64,000 nucleotides of DNA from Promethearchaeota archaeon (GTDB lineage: Archaea; Asgardarchaeota; Lokiarchaeia; Sigyniarchaeales; SOKP01), in contig JAHLWP010000005.1 in NCBI GenBank assembly GCA_019057865.1, positions 32,001 to 96,000 on the forward strand, given 5' to 3'. Shown piece by piece: positions 29,076-38,841 of this stretch. How positions within the stretch are numbered: position 1 is the stretch's first letter; every line of letters starts with the position of its first letter. The notes below the pieces were generated by a model. That model was not told the DNA's origin and made no database searches. It saw only the letters and a program-made list of their open reading frames with translations. Made by a program: the position numbers and the translations under genes.

Positions 29076-31430
29076 TTAGGCATGGCATAATCTTTTTAGC
29101 AAAGTTGGATCTATAATCTCTTTTGGTTTCCAACCCCTTTCTTTTAGATATTCTACAACTTCATCTTTCACGTTAATAGGAATATCTGCTTCGACACGTA
29201 TAAATTTATCTAAATCATTTGGGAATTTGACACCCTTATATTTACGTTCTAAGTCGATCCAATGAGATAATTTTATCATTCTGCCTTTTGAGTTATCAGC
29301 AGGTCTCAAACATAATTTAGCAACTAAACAGATTGCTTGCTCAATTGACTCAGCTGTAGTTAATAAATGCTCGGGACAAGGCCCTATTAAATGGTCAGCA
29401 GTTCCATCTCTTGCATTCCATACTTTCCAAGTATCTTCATCATCAGATCTGCCAATATACATTCTTCTATATTCAGCAGAATGAGGACCTACTACTGCGG
29501 GTACACCTAATCCATTTGCCATACTTGCGATACTTGCTGCCTTTTGACTCATTGCACCCCAAGCAACCCCCACGGCTCCAACTCTGTTTAAAATATAGTC
29601 AGCGATTTCTTCAAAATTACCTCTTAATGGACGCCTTGCGAAAATATTTGCTACCTTACATGCAGCTCCAGTGATGTGTGGATTTGAAACGCAACTTCCA
29701 ACGTTCACCAAACCACCACGGTCAAATTCGCCAGAATAACGATCATACAAAGTGTTGCCCTCTTCATCCTTAACAAGACCAATATCCATAGCACCACATC
29801 CAGAGACTACGACTATATAATTTCTTTTACAGAATTCTTCAGCCATTAAATAGAGTTCTTGGATATCTTTACCATAATTAGCACATCCAATAATAGCTAT
29901 AATACCTGGAATTTCTCCTAGAACGATAGGAGCGCCAACATTCCTAATTTCAGTGTCCATAATTGGTCCACGCCCAACTCTACAATTAAAGGTCTCGGTT
30001 CGAATCTTTTCGCGGCCAGCATATTGTATTAGAGTTAATGGGGATACGTTTTTCATACATTCCGCTTCACATCGCCCACAACCAAGGCAAAGATCAAAAG
30101 TATCTGCTAGTACAGAAAAGTCTCCCTCTTTTGCCAATCGAATACCTTCTACTAGTGGTAAATCATTAGGACAATTTCGTTGACAATTTTCACAGCCATT
30201 ACATCTATATGCCATATCAATACATCCTTGTTCATCAGGTACTCCACTTTTAGCTTTTCTTATAGGTTTTACTTTTATCGCAGTTTCAGCAGCTACTTCA
30301 CCTGCTTTTATTGGATCTAAAATTAAAACCCCAGGTGTTTTACCACTCACTAAATCATCAACAATTTCTTCATTTGGATCACCTGTTCTATCTGGAAGTC
30401 CACCCATATTTTTTTCATTAGTAGCAATAAATGGAGCTCCAATTAATTGAGCTTGCTCAAAAGATCTTAAATTAACACATTGCTCATCAACCATCACTAC
30501 ATCGGCTAAACCAGAACGGATGAAATGAAGTTGTCTTGACATTGAACCAACAATTTTTGCACCATCATAATACCTTGTTAAATCATGAGCAGTACAACAG
30601 ATAGCTCCAATATCAACCTTATCCTCAATTCCTTTTTCTCTTATGTAATCAACTAACTCAATTCCTGGAGCAACATTATGCCCAATCATTAAAATTGTCG
30701 CCTTGCTTGTATCCATTGTTCCCATACCTAATTCTACGATAGGAACATCTGGATCTCCCATAGGAAATCCATATGCAGCGATTTGTACCGCGTCAGAAAT
30801 CTCCATACCAACAGAATCTGCTAAACCGGCTAAGAAGCTTTTAGCTTCATAATCTAAGTAATTTGATTCTTGACCAGTATGACCTGCTGCGAGCAAGTGA
30901 GTTATAGTATAATGAACCCATTCCATTGCTGTTTCTAAATCCTCTAACGTTTCAGGTTTCATACCTACAACTAATCGAGTATGAGGCATCTCAACAGCAA
31001 TATTATTACCAAAATTAATGGGTACATTCCCGTATTTTTCTTTTAACCAATGTAATAAATGATCTCCATGAGCACTATGACAGGCAGCACCAATACAACA
31101 TGCAATTTCTACAATACGGCCCTGTTGGGTTTCCATATTAATTCCACATGCACCTGTCCTACCTTTTGATAGATTGCATTTACCATATGTACATAAGCAA
31201 CACATATCACATATTGGCATGTAATAAGGTTTATATCTTTCCATAAGCTTGAAAAACCATGATCTCAATGTGGGGATATTCGGAGTTGGTGTAGGACCAA
31301 GTGGTTCCCATTCAGTTTCATCTCCATAAGAAATTTTACCAGTAGTTAATTCAAATCCTTTAATTGTTCCCAGTGGTCCTTTATAAGAGTCTATTTTAAG
31401 TTTTGCTCCTTTTTTTTCCAATTTTTTCAC
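29076..31430 (-). CDS. cdhA: CO dehydrogenase/acetyl-CoA synthase complex alpha subunit (archaeal type)
   Basis: CDMCCLCTYGKC; C-cluster ligands GHN, ICCT, DEQC, GCAN, SGC, GSCVSN; two ferredoxin-like CxxCxxCxxxC motifs. Confidence 0.96.
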   Translation of the reverse strand: MKKLEKKGAKLKIDSYKGPLGTIKGFELTTGKISYGDETEWEPLGPTPTPNIPTLRSWFFKLMERYKPYYMPICDMCCLCTYGKCNLSKGRTGACGINMETQQGRIVEIACCIGAACHSAHGDHLLHWLKEKYGNVPINFGNNIAVEMPHTRLVVGMKPETLEDLETAMEWVHYTITHLLAAGHTGQESNYLDYEAKSFLAGLADSVGMEISDAVQIAAYGFPMGDPDVPIVELGMGTMDTSKATILMIGHNVAPGIELVDYIREKGIEDKVDIGAICCTAHDLTRYYDGAKIVGSMSRQLHFIRSGLADVVMVDEQCVNLRSFEQAQLIGAPFIATNEKNMGGLPDRTGDPNEEIVDDLVSGKTPGVLILDPIKAGEVAAETAIKVKPIRKAKSGVPDEQGCIDMAYRCNGCENCQRNCPNDLPLVEGIRLAKEGDFSVLADTFDLCLGCGRCEAECMKNVSPLTLIQYAGREKIRTETFNCRVGRGPIMDTEIRNVGAPIVLGEIPGIIAIIGCANYGKDIQELYLMAEEFCKRNYIVVVSGCGAMDIGLVKDEEGNTLYDRYSGEFDRGGLVNVGSCVSNPHITGAACKVANIFARRPLRGNFEEIADYILNRVGAVGVAWGAMSQKAASIASMANGLGVPAVVGPHSAEYRRMYIGRSDDEDTWKVWNARDGTADHLIGPCPEHLLTTAESIEQAICLVAKLCLRPADNSKGRMIKLSHWIDLERKYKGVKFPNDLDKFIRVEADIPINVKDEVVEYLKERGWKPKEIIDPTLLKRLCHA

Positions 31431-31492
31431 TTTACTTTTTTTTTTAATATTAGGTATAATCGATAATAATTAGGTTTATCTTTGATTTTATT

Positions 31493-31529
31493 TTAAATCT
31501 ATGAAATAGATTTAATTCTATGAAATAGA
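31493..31529. promoter_or_regulatory. Tandem palindromic operator (TCTAT-GAA-ATAGA x2) upstream of cdhA
   Basis: Identical 13-mers at 31498-31510 and 31517-31529; the first extends to 10-bp arms (31493-31515); - strand TATA-like TTAAATA at 31532-31538. Confidence 0.65.
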
Positions 31530-31599
31530 CATATTTAAGAATTTAAAAGTTGATGTTTATATTCCAAAACTTAGATTTGGAAATTCCATAATTATAAAA

Positions 31600-31617
31600 A
31601 GTGTGAAGCTTCACACT
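31600..31617. promoter_or_regulatory. Perfect 18-bp palindrome AGTGTGAAGCTTCACACT
   Basis: Read directly; lies between the V4R gene stop and the cdhA promoter region. Confidence 0.55.
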
Positions 31618-31668
31618 AGCTTAAAAATCTGAATTCAGTAAAATGAAATTAATCTAAAAACTATAACC

Positions 31669-32265
31669 TTAAAGTGTAGAGAGAAAATCAGAAACTACTT
31701 CTTCTGAGGGTTCTGGATCGACAACAGAACTATCTAGTTCTTCACTTATGATATCAAATTGGTATGTACATTTATCAGCACCTACTAGAACACATTCAAC
31801 TTCCTGACCATCGACATCAAAATTTAAGGTTTCAAGTACCCCTTGGAAGATGCCTAAGTAAAGTAAGCATATGTTTTTAGCCATAATATTTTCTTTTTCT
31901 TGAGATGCTAAGGAGTTATTTACACCCACTAAAATTTGAGTTTTTCTGAATAGTGCCCTTAATTGACCATAACCCATTAATTCCATGGCTTCAAGAACAC
32001 CTAGAAATACATTTTTTTTAGTGAATATTTTTTCAGCGCCCCAGTCTTTATTTGAAAAGAATTTTTCCATAAAAGATCTTCCCAGAGTTTTTCCTACCCA
32101 AGTCAATATATCATCCGCATTTGTACCAGCAAATTCTGTGAATTCGATCAAATCAATAGGTCTTAACATTAACAACCTCACATCTTTCTTTTTTTCGCCG
32201 AAAAACAGCTGTCCTAATTTCTCTTCAATCATTATTTGTAATTCTTTTTTCAATATTTTTGACAT
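31669..32265 (-). CDS. V4R-domain protein
   Basis: VGKTLG, MGYG, ICLLYLGIFQG, EVECVLVGADKCTY. Confidence 0.8.
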   Translation of the reverse strand: MSKILKKELQIMIEEKLGQLFFGEKKKDVRLLMLRPIDLIEFTEFAGTNADDILTWVGKTLGRSFMEKFFSNKDWGAEKIFTKKNVFLGVLEAMELMGYGQLRALFRKTQILVGVNNSLASQEKENIMAKNICLLYLGIFQGVLETLNFDVDGQEVECVLVGADKCTYQFDIISEELDSSVVDPEPSEEVVSDFLSTL

Positions 32266-32390
32266 TACTTTTCCCTAATTAAGTATTTCATAAAGAATAT
32301 TAAGAGATTATATAATAGAAATTTAAGTGTCTAGATATTTAAATTTAATGTTTAAATTAATTGAAATCTAAAATTAAAATATTAGGATTA

Positions 32391-33446
32391 TTAAGAAGCG
32401 ACCAAGTTAAAAATATTTTGGATTACAGCATCGATATTGTATTTTGTCTTTACTGATGTGAAAAGCAATGCCCAATCTCTATTATTAATATTTTTAAAGT
32501 TAAAAAAATCAAATAATTCTTCTTTTAATTTCTCTAGTTGATTTTCCCTGCTTTTTTCTGAAGATTTAATTAAATCTGTTTTATTTCCCACTATTAGTAA
32601 AGGAATACCGGACAAATCATCTCTATTCACAATATTCCAGAATTCTTTTTTTGATTCTTCAAATCGTATTTGGTTAGCGATATCGATCATAAATACAATA
32701 ATATTTGAGTCTTGTAAGCCAATCAACCATTTTTTTCGAAAATTTTGTTGACCTGGCATATCCCAAAAAGCCAGCACCCCTTTTTCTTGTTTTTCAATAT
32801 ATTCAATATTGAATTTTCGTGTTGGAGCAAAGAAATTATCATTGAATTCACCTGTTTTTATTCTTCTTACAAGGGATGTCTTGCCAACTTCATCAATTCC
32901 AAATAAAAAGACTTTAATAAATAACTCTTGCTGATAATTATAGACGATTTTAGGAGGTTTTTCGATAATTTCATCCCCATATCTTCGAATATCAATGAAC
33001 ATCGAAATTAGCAAATTTTCTATTTCAATTTCATCATCAAAAGAATATACTGTTCCATTATTTAATAATTCACTCAATAATTCTTCAAAAATTTCTTTAT
33101 AATCATAAGGATTATCTTCTTTATCAAAAATTAAACCTATAATAATTTTTCCGTTTATACAAGAGGTATATATATTTAAATCATTAATAATTTGTGCAAC
33201 TGGCTTATCAATTTTATAATGATTTGATTTTTTGTTTAAGTCTAGGTTAGAGATCGATAAATATTTATCTTTTTTATCCTTGTTATTTAGATTTGCCTGA
33301 TCATGACCAGTAATAATCAAATTAACAAGATTTTTGTCATTGATGTTTATAATATCATTTGGATAGCTATAGATATTAAGATCTTTTAAGTCTTGAAATT
33401 TCTTCCCTTTAAATAGAAAAATGTTATGTAGCAATGAAATTTCCAA
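32391..33446 (-). CDS. Longin-like N-terminal domain + Arf-like small GTPase
   Basis: GIDEVGKTS, PT, WDMPGQ, NKTD, TSVK. The longin-like call for the N-terminus (IIIGLIFDKEDNP..Y) is tentative. Confidence 0.85.
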   Translation of the reverse strand: MEISLLHNIFLFKGKKFQDLKDLNIYSYPNDIININDKNLVNLIITGHDQANLNNKDKKDKYLSISNLDLNKKSNHYKIDKPVAQIINDLNIYTSCINGKIIIGLIFDKEDNPYDYKEIFEELLSELLNNGTVYSFDDEIEIENLLISMFIDIRRYGDEIIEKPPKIVYNYQQELFIKVFLFGIDEVGKTSLVRRIKTGEFNDNFFAPTRKFNIEYIEKQEKGVLAFWDMPGQQNFRKKWLIGLQDSNIIVFMIDIANQIRFEESKKEFWNIVNRDDLSGIPLLIVGNKTDLIKSSEKSRENQLEKLKEELFDFFNFKNINNRDWALLFTSVKTKYNIDAVIQNIFNLVAS

Positions 33447-33617
33447 AAATTCTTAATTCCTATAAGTTTGAGAATAAAGGTTAATTAAAAAAAGTTTGGA
33501 ATCTTGCCTAATTTATAACTTTTAAAGTTTTTGGTTTAATAATTCTAGGAAGATGATTTAACTCCTTTAAAAAACCTTATTAATAGATGAATAAGAAAAA
33601 TTCAATTTAGAATTCTC

Positions 33618-35012
33618 CTATTCTTTGCTATCTTCTTCAACATCTGGAGTTTCTTGTTTATTATCAGAAGTTTTTGTTTCTGATGGAGCCTCAGATTGCG
33701 GAGTTGATTTTGATGCTACAGGTGTTCCACAGATAGGACATTTTGACCAACCTGGTCTCAAGCCGTAACCACATTTTGAGCATTCTTGCATATCCTCATC
33801 TGGTTTCCATTCTGGTATATCTAAACCACCTTGTCTTTTACTAGCAAATTCTTGTAATTCATCTTCTGTCCAAAACTCCATACCCTCAGGTAAACTGGAA
33901 CCTCTCTCTTGGACAAATTTGGTTATTTCTTCTTCCGACCAAATGGGCATATCAGGTTGAGTAGCCCTTCTTTTTTGTGCTTCTTCTGCTAACTCCTCAG
34001 CTGTCCATGCTTTAAGCTCTTGACCTCCCGGAGTTCTCACTACACCTGGTTGTTGAGGAGAAATTTGGCTAGGAGCCTGGGTACCCACAACACCTCCACT
34101 AATAGAAGGTGCATTACAACACTCAGCAGAAAACTTTAAAAGTGCTTCAAAACATTTTGAGAATTTATTTAGATCCTTCCCTTCATCAGTAACTAACATT
34201 AATGTAGTTTTATCAGCTGGCTGAGGAATAGCAATACCACACATGGCAATATCTGATTTAAGTCGCCCTGATTCTATACCAGAAGTGAGTTTTTCCATTG
34301 AGTTCGTTAAATCCTCATCTTTCATCAAAAAATCACAGATTGGATCTCCGTGTCTCTGGAAACTCTCATGGTATTTAGCTAGTTGAGTTCTTGTTATCGT
34401 TGAGTTAAGAGATCTAATAATAGCATCTACATACGGAAAAATTTGAGACTTAGGACCTTTTTGAGATCCTTCTAGCTCATAACCACCTAAATCAAGAGCT
34501 CCCGTAATAGGAGCGAATAGAGATGTTTCATTCTTCATTTTACCATAAATTATTGGTCTTGAAATAACACATTTGATTTCTCCGTAATAGGCAATAGCGT
34601 CATCAAAAAATTGAACTTTTCCATCATAGATAATTCGTGGAACACTTCGGAAAATTACATCAGCCCAAGGCATTTCTTTTACTGGAATTATTACATAACA
34701 TGTTTTATCAATTAAATCGCGCAATTTTTTAATGAAATCTTTTAACTCTTTTTTAATATTCTGATATTCTTCACTAATTAATTCTTCTTCTGCATTTTTT
34801 TCAAATTCTTTAAATTTTTCTTCATTTTTCTTGAGGTTTCCCCCAAATGATTTAACTTCTCCAATAGTATTACCTTGTAAAATAGATGTGGCATTTTCAA
34901 TAATTTTTTTCTGAAAATCGGATAACTCAGCCTCAGAACTTGAAATAAGGTAATCGTTGATATTGAATTGGATTTTATTAGCAAAGACTTCAAACAATTT
35001 CTTTTCTGACAA
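33618..35012 (-). CDS. Hypothetical protein with W[TS]x[ED]E repeats and a C-terminal zinc ribbon
   Basis: WTAEEL, WSEEEI, WTEDEL about 23 aa apart; CSKC...CPIC; disordered flanks. Confidence 0.8.
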   Translation of the reverse strand: MSEKKLFEVFANKIQFNINDYLISSSEAELSDFQKKIIENATSILQGNTIGEVKSFGGNLKKNEEKFKEFEKNAEEELISEEYQNIKKELKDFIKKLRDLIDKTCYVIIPVKEMPWADVIFRSVPRIIYDGKVQFFDDAIAYYGEIKCVISRPIIYGKMKNETSLFAPITGALDLGGYELEGSQKGPKSQIFPYVDAIIRSLNSTITRTQLAKYHESFQRHGDPICDFLMKDEDLTNSMEKLTSGIESGRLKSDIAMCGIAIPQPADKTTLMLVTDEGKDLNKFSKCFEALLKFSAECCNAPSISGGVVGTQAPSQISPQQPGVVRTPGGQELKAWTAEELAEEAQKRRATQPDMPIWSEEEITKFVQERGSSLPEGMEFWTEDELQEFASKRQGGLDIPEWKPDEDMQECSKCGYGLRPGWSKCPICGTPVASKSTPQSEAPSETKTSDNKQETPDVEEDSKE

Positions 35013-35221
35013 TTCTTTTACCTTTTTCCTTTGCTTTTTTAATTACTTAGATATTTATAAATATAGCAATGAAAGGTATATAAAAATTTAATTGAATCTA
35101 GTTTTCTACATGTTAAGTAAAATTGAATAAATTACTCATAAGTATTTAATAGAACGCTTTAATTATTAAAAAAATTAAAAATCCGAGACTAAATCGTTTC
35201 TTAATATTCAATCTTATATCT

Positions 35222-36430
35222 CTAAGGTAAGGGAAACATTAGATAACAAATTTTAGTCCAATTTAGTCCATGGTATTCAATTAAACCCATCATTTTATTA
35301 TACGCATCAACAGAATAATATTGACAAATGGGGGCAGGACTTCCATTTTCAATAACCGCAAAATGTACATGAGCAGATGAATTCACATTGTAAAACCTAG
35401 CAATGTCCCAACCTAATTGCACCCATTCGCCCAACTCAACATGCATCATACTTGCTTGTTGTTGATAATCTAAATAACTATCAGACCAAATCTCAAATAA
35501 ATATTCAGTTGCAATAGTTATACTGTAATTTATTACTAATCGTAAGGCATATCTATCTTGTCTTCCTGTCCCTCTATCTATAAATTCAATTTTGGTAACC
35601 TGACCTGGTGCAGCTGCTAACACTTTTGAACTATCTTTAAAATAGAAATCAAATCCTAAGTGTATTTCATTCCATGGGCAAAGAACTGTATTAGAATATC
35701 CCTTTACTACCTTTGAAATTGAACCATTAAATTCAAAACTAGCTACCATATAATCTAAGGGAGTATTTTCATCATAACATAAATAAGGCCAATCTGGATG
35801 ATAAATATGAACTAATCCCATCATCCTATTATAGGCTGCTGGAGAATAATATCTGTCAAGACGAGTGCGAACATCATCTTCTATTACATCAAAATGTATA
35901 TGAGCACCTTCTCCAATTTCCAAAAATAGCGCGATTTCTTGCCCAACCTCGACCCAATCTCCTATACTAACATTTATTAAGCTTTTTTGATTTTCATGAT
36001 CACTACTTTCATTAGTCCAAGGTTCAAAATTGTAATTTACATATACGCTATGATTAAATCTTATACTAACCTCAACCATATATCTATTTTCTGTAGCTTC
36101 ACCCCAATCTTTTTCTCGAATAATGCTTACTTGCCCAGGAGCTGCTGCAAGGACTTTTGAGTCGTTAATTAAAGCAAAATCAAACCCTTCATGAGCTCTT
36201 GCCCATGGGCAACTGTTTGTCGTAGACCATGCATCATTAACCGTATAAATATATGATTCGTTTTCAAAAATGACATCCATATAATCCAGATGACCCCAAT
36301 CATATCGTTCTCCAGGATCAAAAAAGTTCTCTTCCCAAGGTGGATTTTCCAGAATTCGAGGTACAATAATAATTCCTGCAATAATTACTACAGCAACTAT
36401 AATAAGTGAAATTATACCTTTTTTTTTCAT
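35222..36430 (-). CDS. Membrane-anchored protein with two tandem M23 metallopeptidase-like domains
   Basis: MKKK + TM; HEGFD...VLAAAPGQV...VSIGDWVEVGQEIA...HIHF; HLGFD...VLAAAPGQV...VELGEWV...HVHF. Confidence 0.85.
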   Translation of the reverse strand: MKKKGIISLIIVAVVIIAGIIIVPRILENPPWEENFFDPGERYDWGHLDYMDVIFENESYIYTVNDAWSTTNSCPWARAHEGFDFALINDSKVLAAAPGQVSIIREKDWGEATENRYMVEVSIRFNHSVYVNYNFEPWTNESSDHENQKSLINVSIGDWVEVGQEIALFLEIGEGAHIHFDVIEDDVRTRLDRYYSPAAYNRMMGLVHIYHPDWPYLCYDENTPLDYMVASFEFNGSISKVVKGYSNTVLCPWNEIHLGFDFYFKDSSKVLAAAPGQVTKIEFIDRGTGRQDRYALRLVINYSITIATEYLFEIWSDSYLDYQQQASMMHVELGEWVQLGWDIARFYNVNSSAHVHFAVIENGSPAPICQYYSVDAYNKMMGLIEYHGLNWTKICYLMFPLP

Positions 36431-36852
36431 AAGTGAATGAAATAAAAAGAGATTTAAAAATATATCTGCTAAAATTAAATACTCAACTAATAAGAACCGT
36501 TAAATAAAAGGTTTATTTTTCCCTTTTCTCATGAGAATAAAAGAAAAAATTATTAAGCTTTTGAGGAAAAAATCATATTAAGGTTATAATAATTTATAAT
36601 AATTATGAACAAAATTTAGTATATCTTTTAAAGAATATAAAATGTTCATCCAAACTAATCAATTAATTTGAAAAAAAATTTGATATAATATAAAATTGAT
36701 TAAAACTTTTTATACTCAAAAATAACCTCAAAATTAAGCAGAAGAAAACGTTTTTAAAAAAGTAATGCTTAAATAAGCCATTTGGGTTTAATATATTAAT
36801 CCGATAAAAAAAAATCTTTATATATTATATTATCATAAAATGTTATATATAG

Positions 36853-36886
36853 AAAAGTTAAGGATTATAAAAGTTAAGGTTTAAGG
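36853..36886 (+). promoter_or_regulatory. Direct-repeat operator (AAAAGTTAAGG x2 plus TTAAGG) between the TATA box and the start of an RHH gene
   Basis: Copies at 36853-36863, 36869-36879 and 36881-36886; TATA TTATATAT at 36843-36850. Confidence 0.5.
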
Positions 36887-36895
36887 CGATTCAAA

Positions 36896-37186
36896 TTGAA
36901 GATTGTCACAGTCAATATTCCGGATTCATTTTTAGATCCAATTAAAAAATTAGTAGGGGAGAATGGCCTGTATCCCTCTAGGTCAGAATTAATTAGAGTT
37001 GCAGTTAGAGAATTTTTATTAAAAGAGCTAGCCGTAGCTAATAGGATGGCTAAGTATAAAGAAAGTGAAATTAAAGATTTTGATGAAAAAAATTACGTGA
37101 GAGTACCTATTGAGACGACTGATGAAAATGATGAACCTGTACGGGAGTTCAAAACGTACAAAATCGTAAGGCGTTTAGAATATTAG
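36896..37186 (+). CDS. CopG/NikR-type ribbon-helix-helix regulator
   Basis: IVTVNIP...LV..GLYPSRSELIRVAVREFL. Confidence 0.9.
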   Translation: MKIVTVNIPDSFLDPIKKLVGENGLYPSRSELIRVAVREFLLKELAVANRMAKYKESEIKDFDEKNYVRVPIETTDENDEPVREFKTYKIVRRLEY

Positions 37187-37497
37187 AGAATTTGTTAGAT
37201 GTTGCGAAATATGAGTTAAAAAGGGATTAAATATCTTTCTCCTTATTCTTTTTATTATTTTTTATAAAAAAAGGAAGGATTTGACAAATTATATGAATTT
37301 ATGAATTAATTATATTCTTTCAATTTTCATTGATTTAGTTAAAAAATTTTCAATTTGATTAATTAATTATCTAAGGTAATTCATAATGAAATATATATAG
37401 AACTTCGGGTATATTAGAGATAGAACTATAAGAAGAGGTTTTATTAATTTCAGAAAAAAAAAATAATAAAAAGCAAGAAATTTTTAAGCCTAAGTTC

Positions 37498-38730
37498 ATG
37501 GAATGGGGCATAATTAATAAAAATAATTTTAAAGATAAAACTACATATGATATACCGATTAAGAGATGGGATCCTTTATCGACAGTAAGAATAAAATCTA
37601 AGGATTTTGGGGTTCGAAAAAAGCGTGAAAGGTATTATGGACATTATTCCTATTTAAGCCCTATTAGAGGGAAAAGACCTAAAGGTTATGATACCGTAGA
37701 AAAGAAAAGTGAATTTGAGCATTGTCCAAAAAAGATTTATGCAAGAGTAAAGGATGTGTTTATGGCAGTCACAGAAGGAAAACCTATTTATGATAATTGG
37801 GGTTATCAACTGGGTGATGGTTTCACTATAATTATAGCTGAAGATGATAAAAAGTGCGACAATCCTTTTTTAGATACTCCTCATCAAATTGAAAGAATTC
37901 CTAATTCTTGCAAAGCAATCACTTTAATTAATCGGTATCCTTCAATGGCTCGGATTATAGACCCTGAAATAGAAAAATGTATCACTGAAGAATTGCCTCC
38001 TCATCTAAAACTCGCGAGAGGGATAAACTTAGTAACTATTTCAAGAAAATTTTATCCTTCCTTATGTTTTAATTTAATTCCAGAAGAAATAATTGCTGGA
38101 ATTTTTTTATCTATGAAAACGGCAATCCTTTATTGCGTTCAAGAAGCAATAGAACGTGACTATTATGACATTCCAGTAAATCCTTTTTTTAATATAGGTA
38201 TGAAAGTAGGAGGCTCACAACCTCGCATACATAGTCAAGTATATATTGATTTGAATGGTGATGGTCATGGAAGTCGATTAGAAGGGTTTTTAAGGGCATT
38301 CAAAGAGATGGGTGAAAATTGTCATTTATGTGAAACGTCACATGGAGATACAGATCGTATTATTTTAAAAACTGAATTTTGGACTTTTTATACCACAGGA
38401 AGTCCAGTACGAAATTATCACATTCGATTTCATCCAAATGAGCACTTGAGAAGATTTTCACAATTGAAAATTAATCAAATAAATGATTTAGCAAAATCTT
38501 TAAAGATTATCTTTCAAGCAATTGACGATATAAAAATAGATAAAAATCGAAATCTTTTATTTAATAGTTGCCCTTTTGGTTATGATGCCGATTTTCATAT
38601 GTTTGGTGATATTATTCCACATGAAGTAATTGGCGGAGCAGAGATGGCAGATGATATGCGAGTTGCGAGAAAGTTGCCCCATATTGCTGCAGCTGAAATT
38701 AGAGAATCAATAATCAAGTATCTTAATTAA
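37498..38730 (+). CDS. GalT/HIT-family nucleotidyltransferase (variant active-site motif)
   Basis: NRYP, FFNIG..GGSQPRIHSQ (cf. GASxxHPHxQ), CHLC, second HIT-fold half. Confidence 0.8.
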   Translation: MEWGIINKNNFKDKTTYDIPIKRWDPLSTVRIKSKDFGVRKKRERYYGHYSYLSPIRGKRPKGYDTVEKKSEFEHCPKKIYARVKDVFMAVTEGKPIYDNWGYQLGDGFTIIIAEDDKKCDNPFLDTPHQIERIPNSCKAITLINRYPSMARIIDPEIEKCITEELPPHLKLARGINLVTISRKFYPSLCFNLIPEEIIAGIFLSMKTAILYCVQEAIERDYYDIPVNPFFNIGMKVGGSQPRIHSQVYIDLNGDGHGSRLEGFLRAFKEMGENCHLCETSHGDTDRIILKTEFWTFYTTGSPVRNYHIRFHPNEHLRRFSQLKINQINDLAKSLKIIFQAIDDIKIDKNRNLLFNSCPFGYDADFHMFGDIIPHEVIGGAEMADDMRVARKLPHIAAAEIRESIIKYLN

Positions 38731-38841
38731 CTCAATTCTGTTTTTATTTATTGATTTAATAACTTTTTTATTTCAATTAAACTTAGATTTATATCTATTA
38801 ATTATTTAATAATATGTGAGGATTTTCTTGAGGAAATCATA

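Noticed and set aside
24684-31430. mtrH + cdhA as evidence of methanogenesis
   Set aside because: There are no mcr or membrane mtr subunits here; both genes are common in non-methanogenic Wood-Ljungdahl archaea.
31600-31617. TGTGA...TCACA as a CRP/FNR/CooA box
   Set aside because: The spacer is 4 bp rather than 6, and no such regulator is in the window; kept only as an unassigned palindrome.
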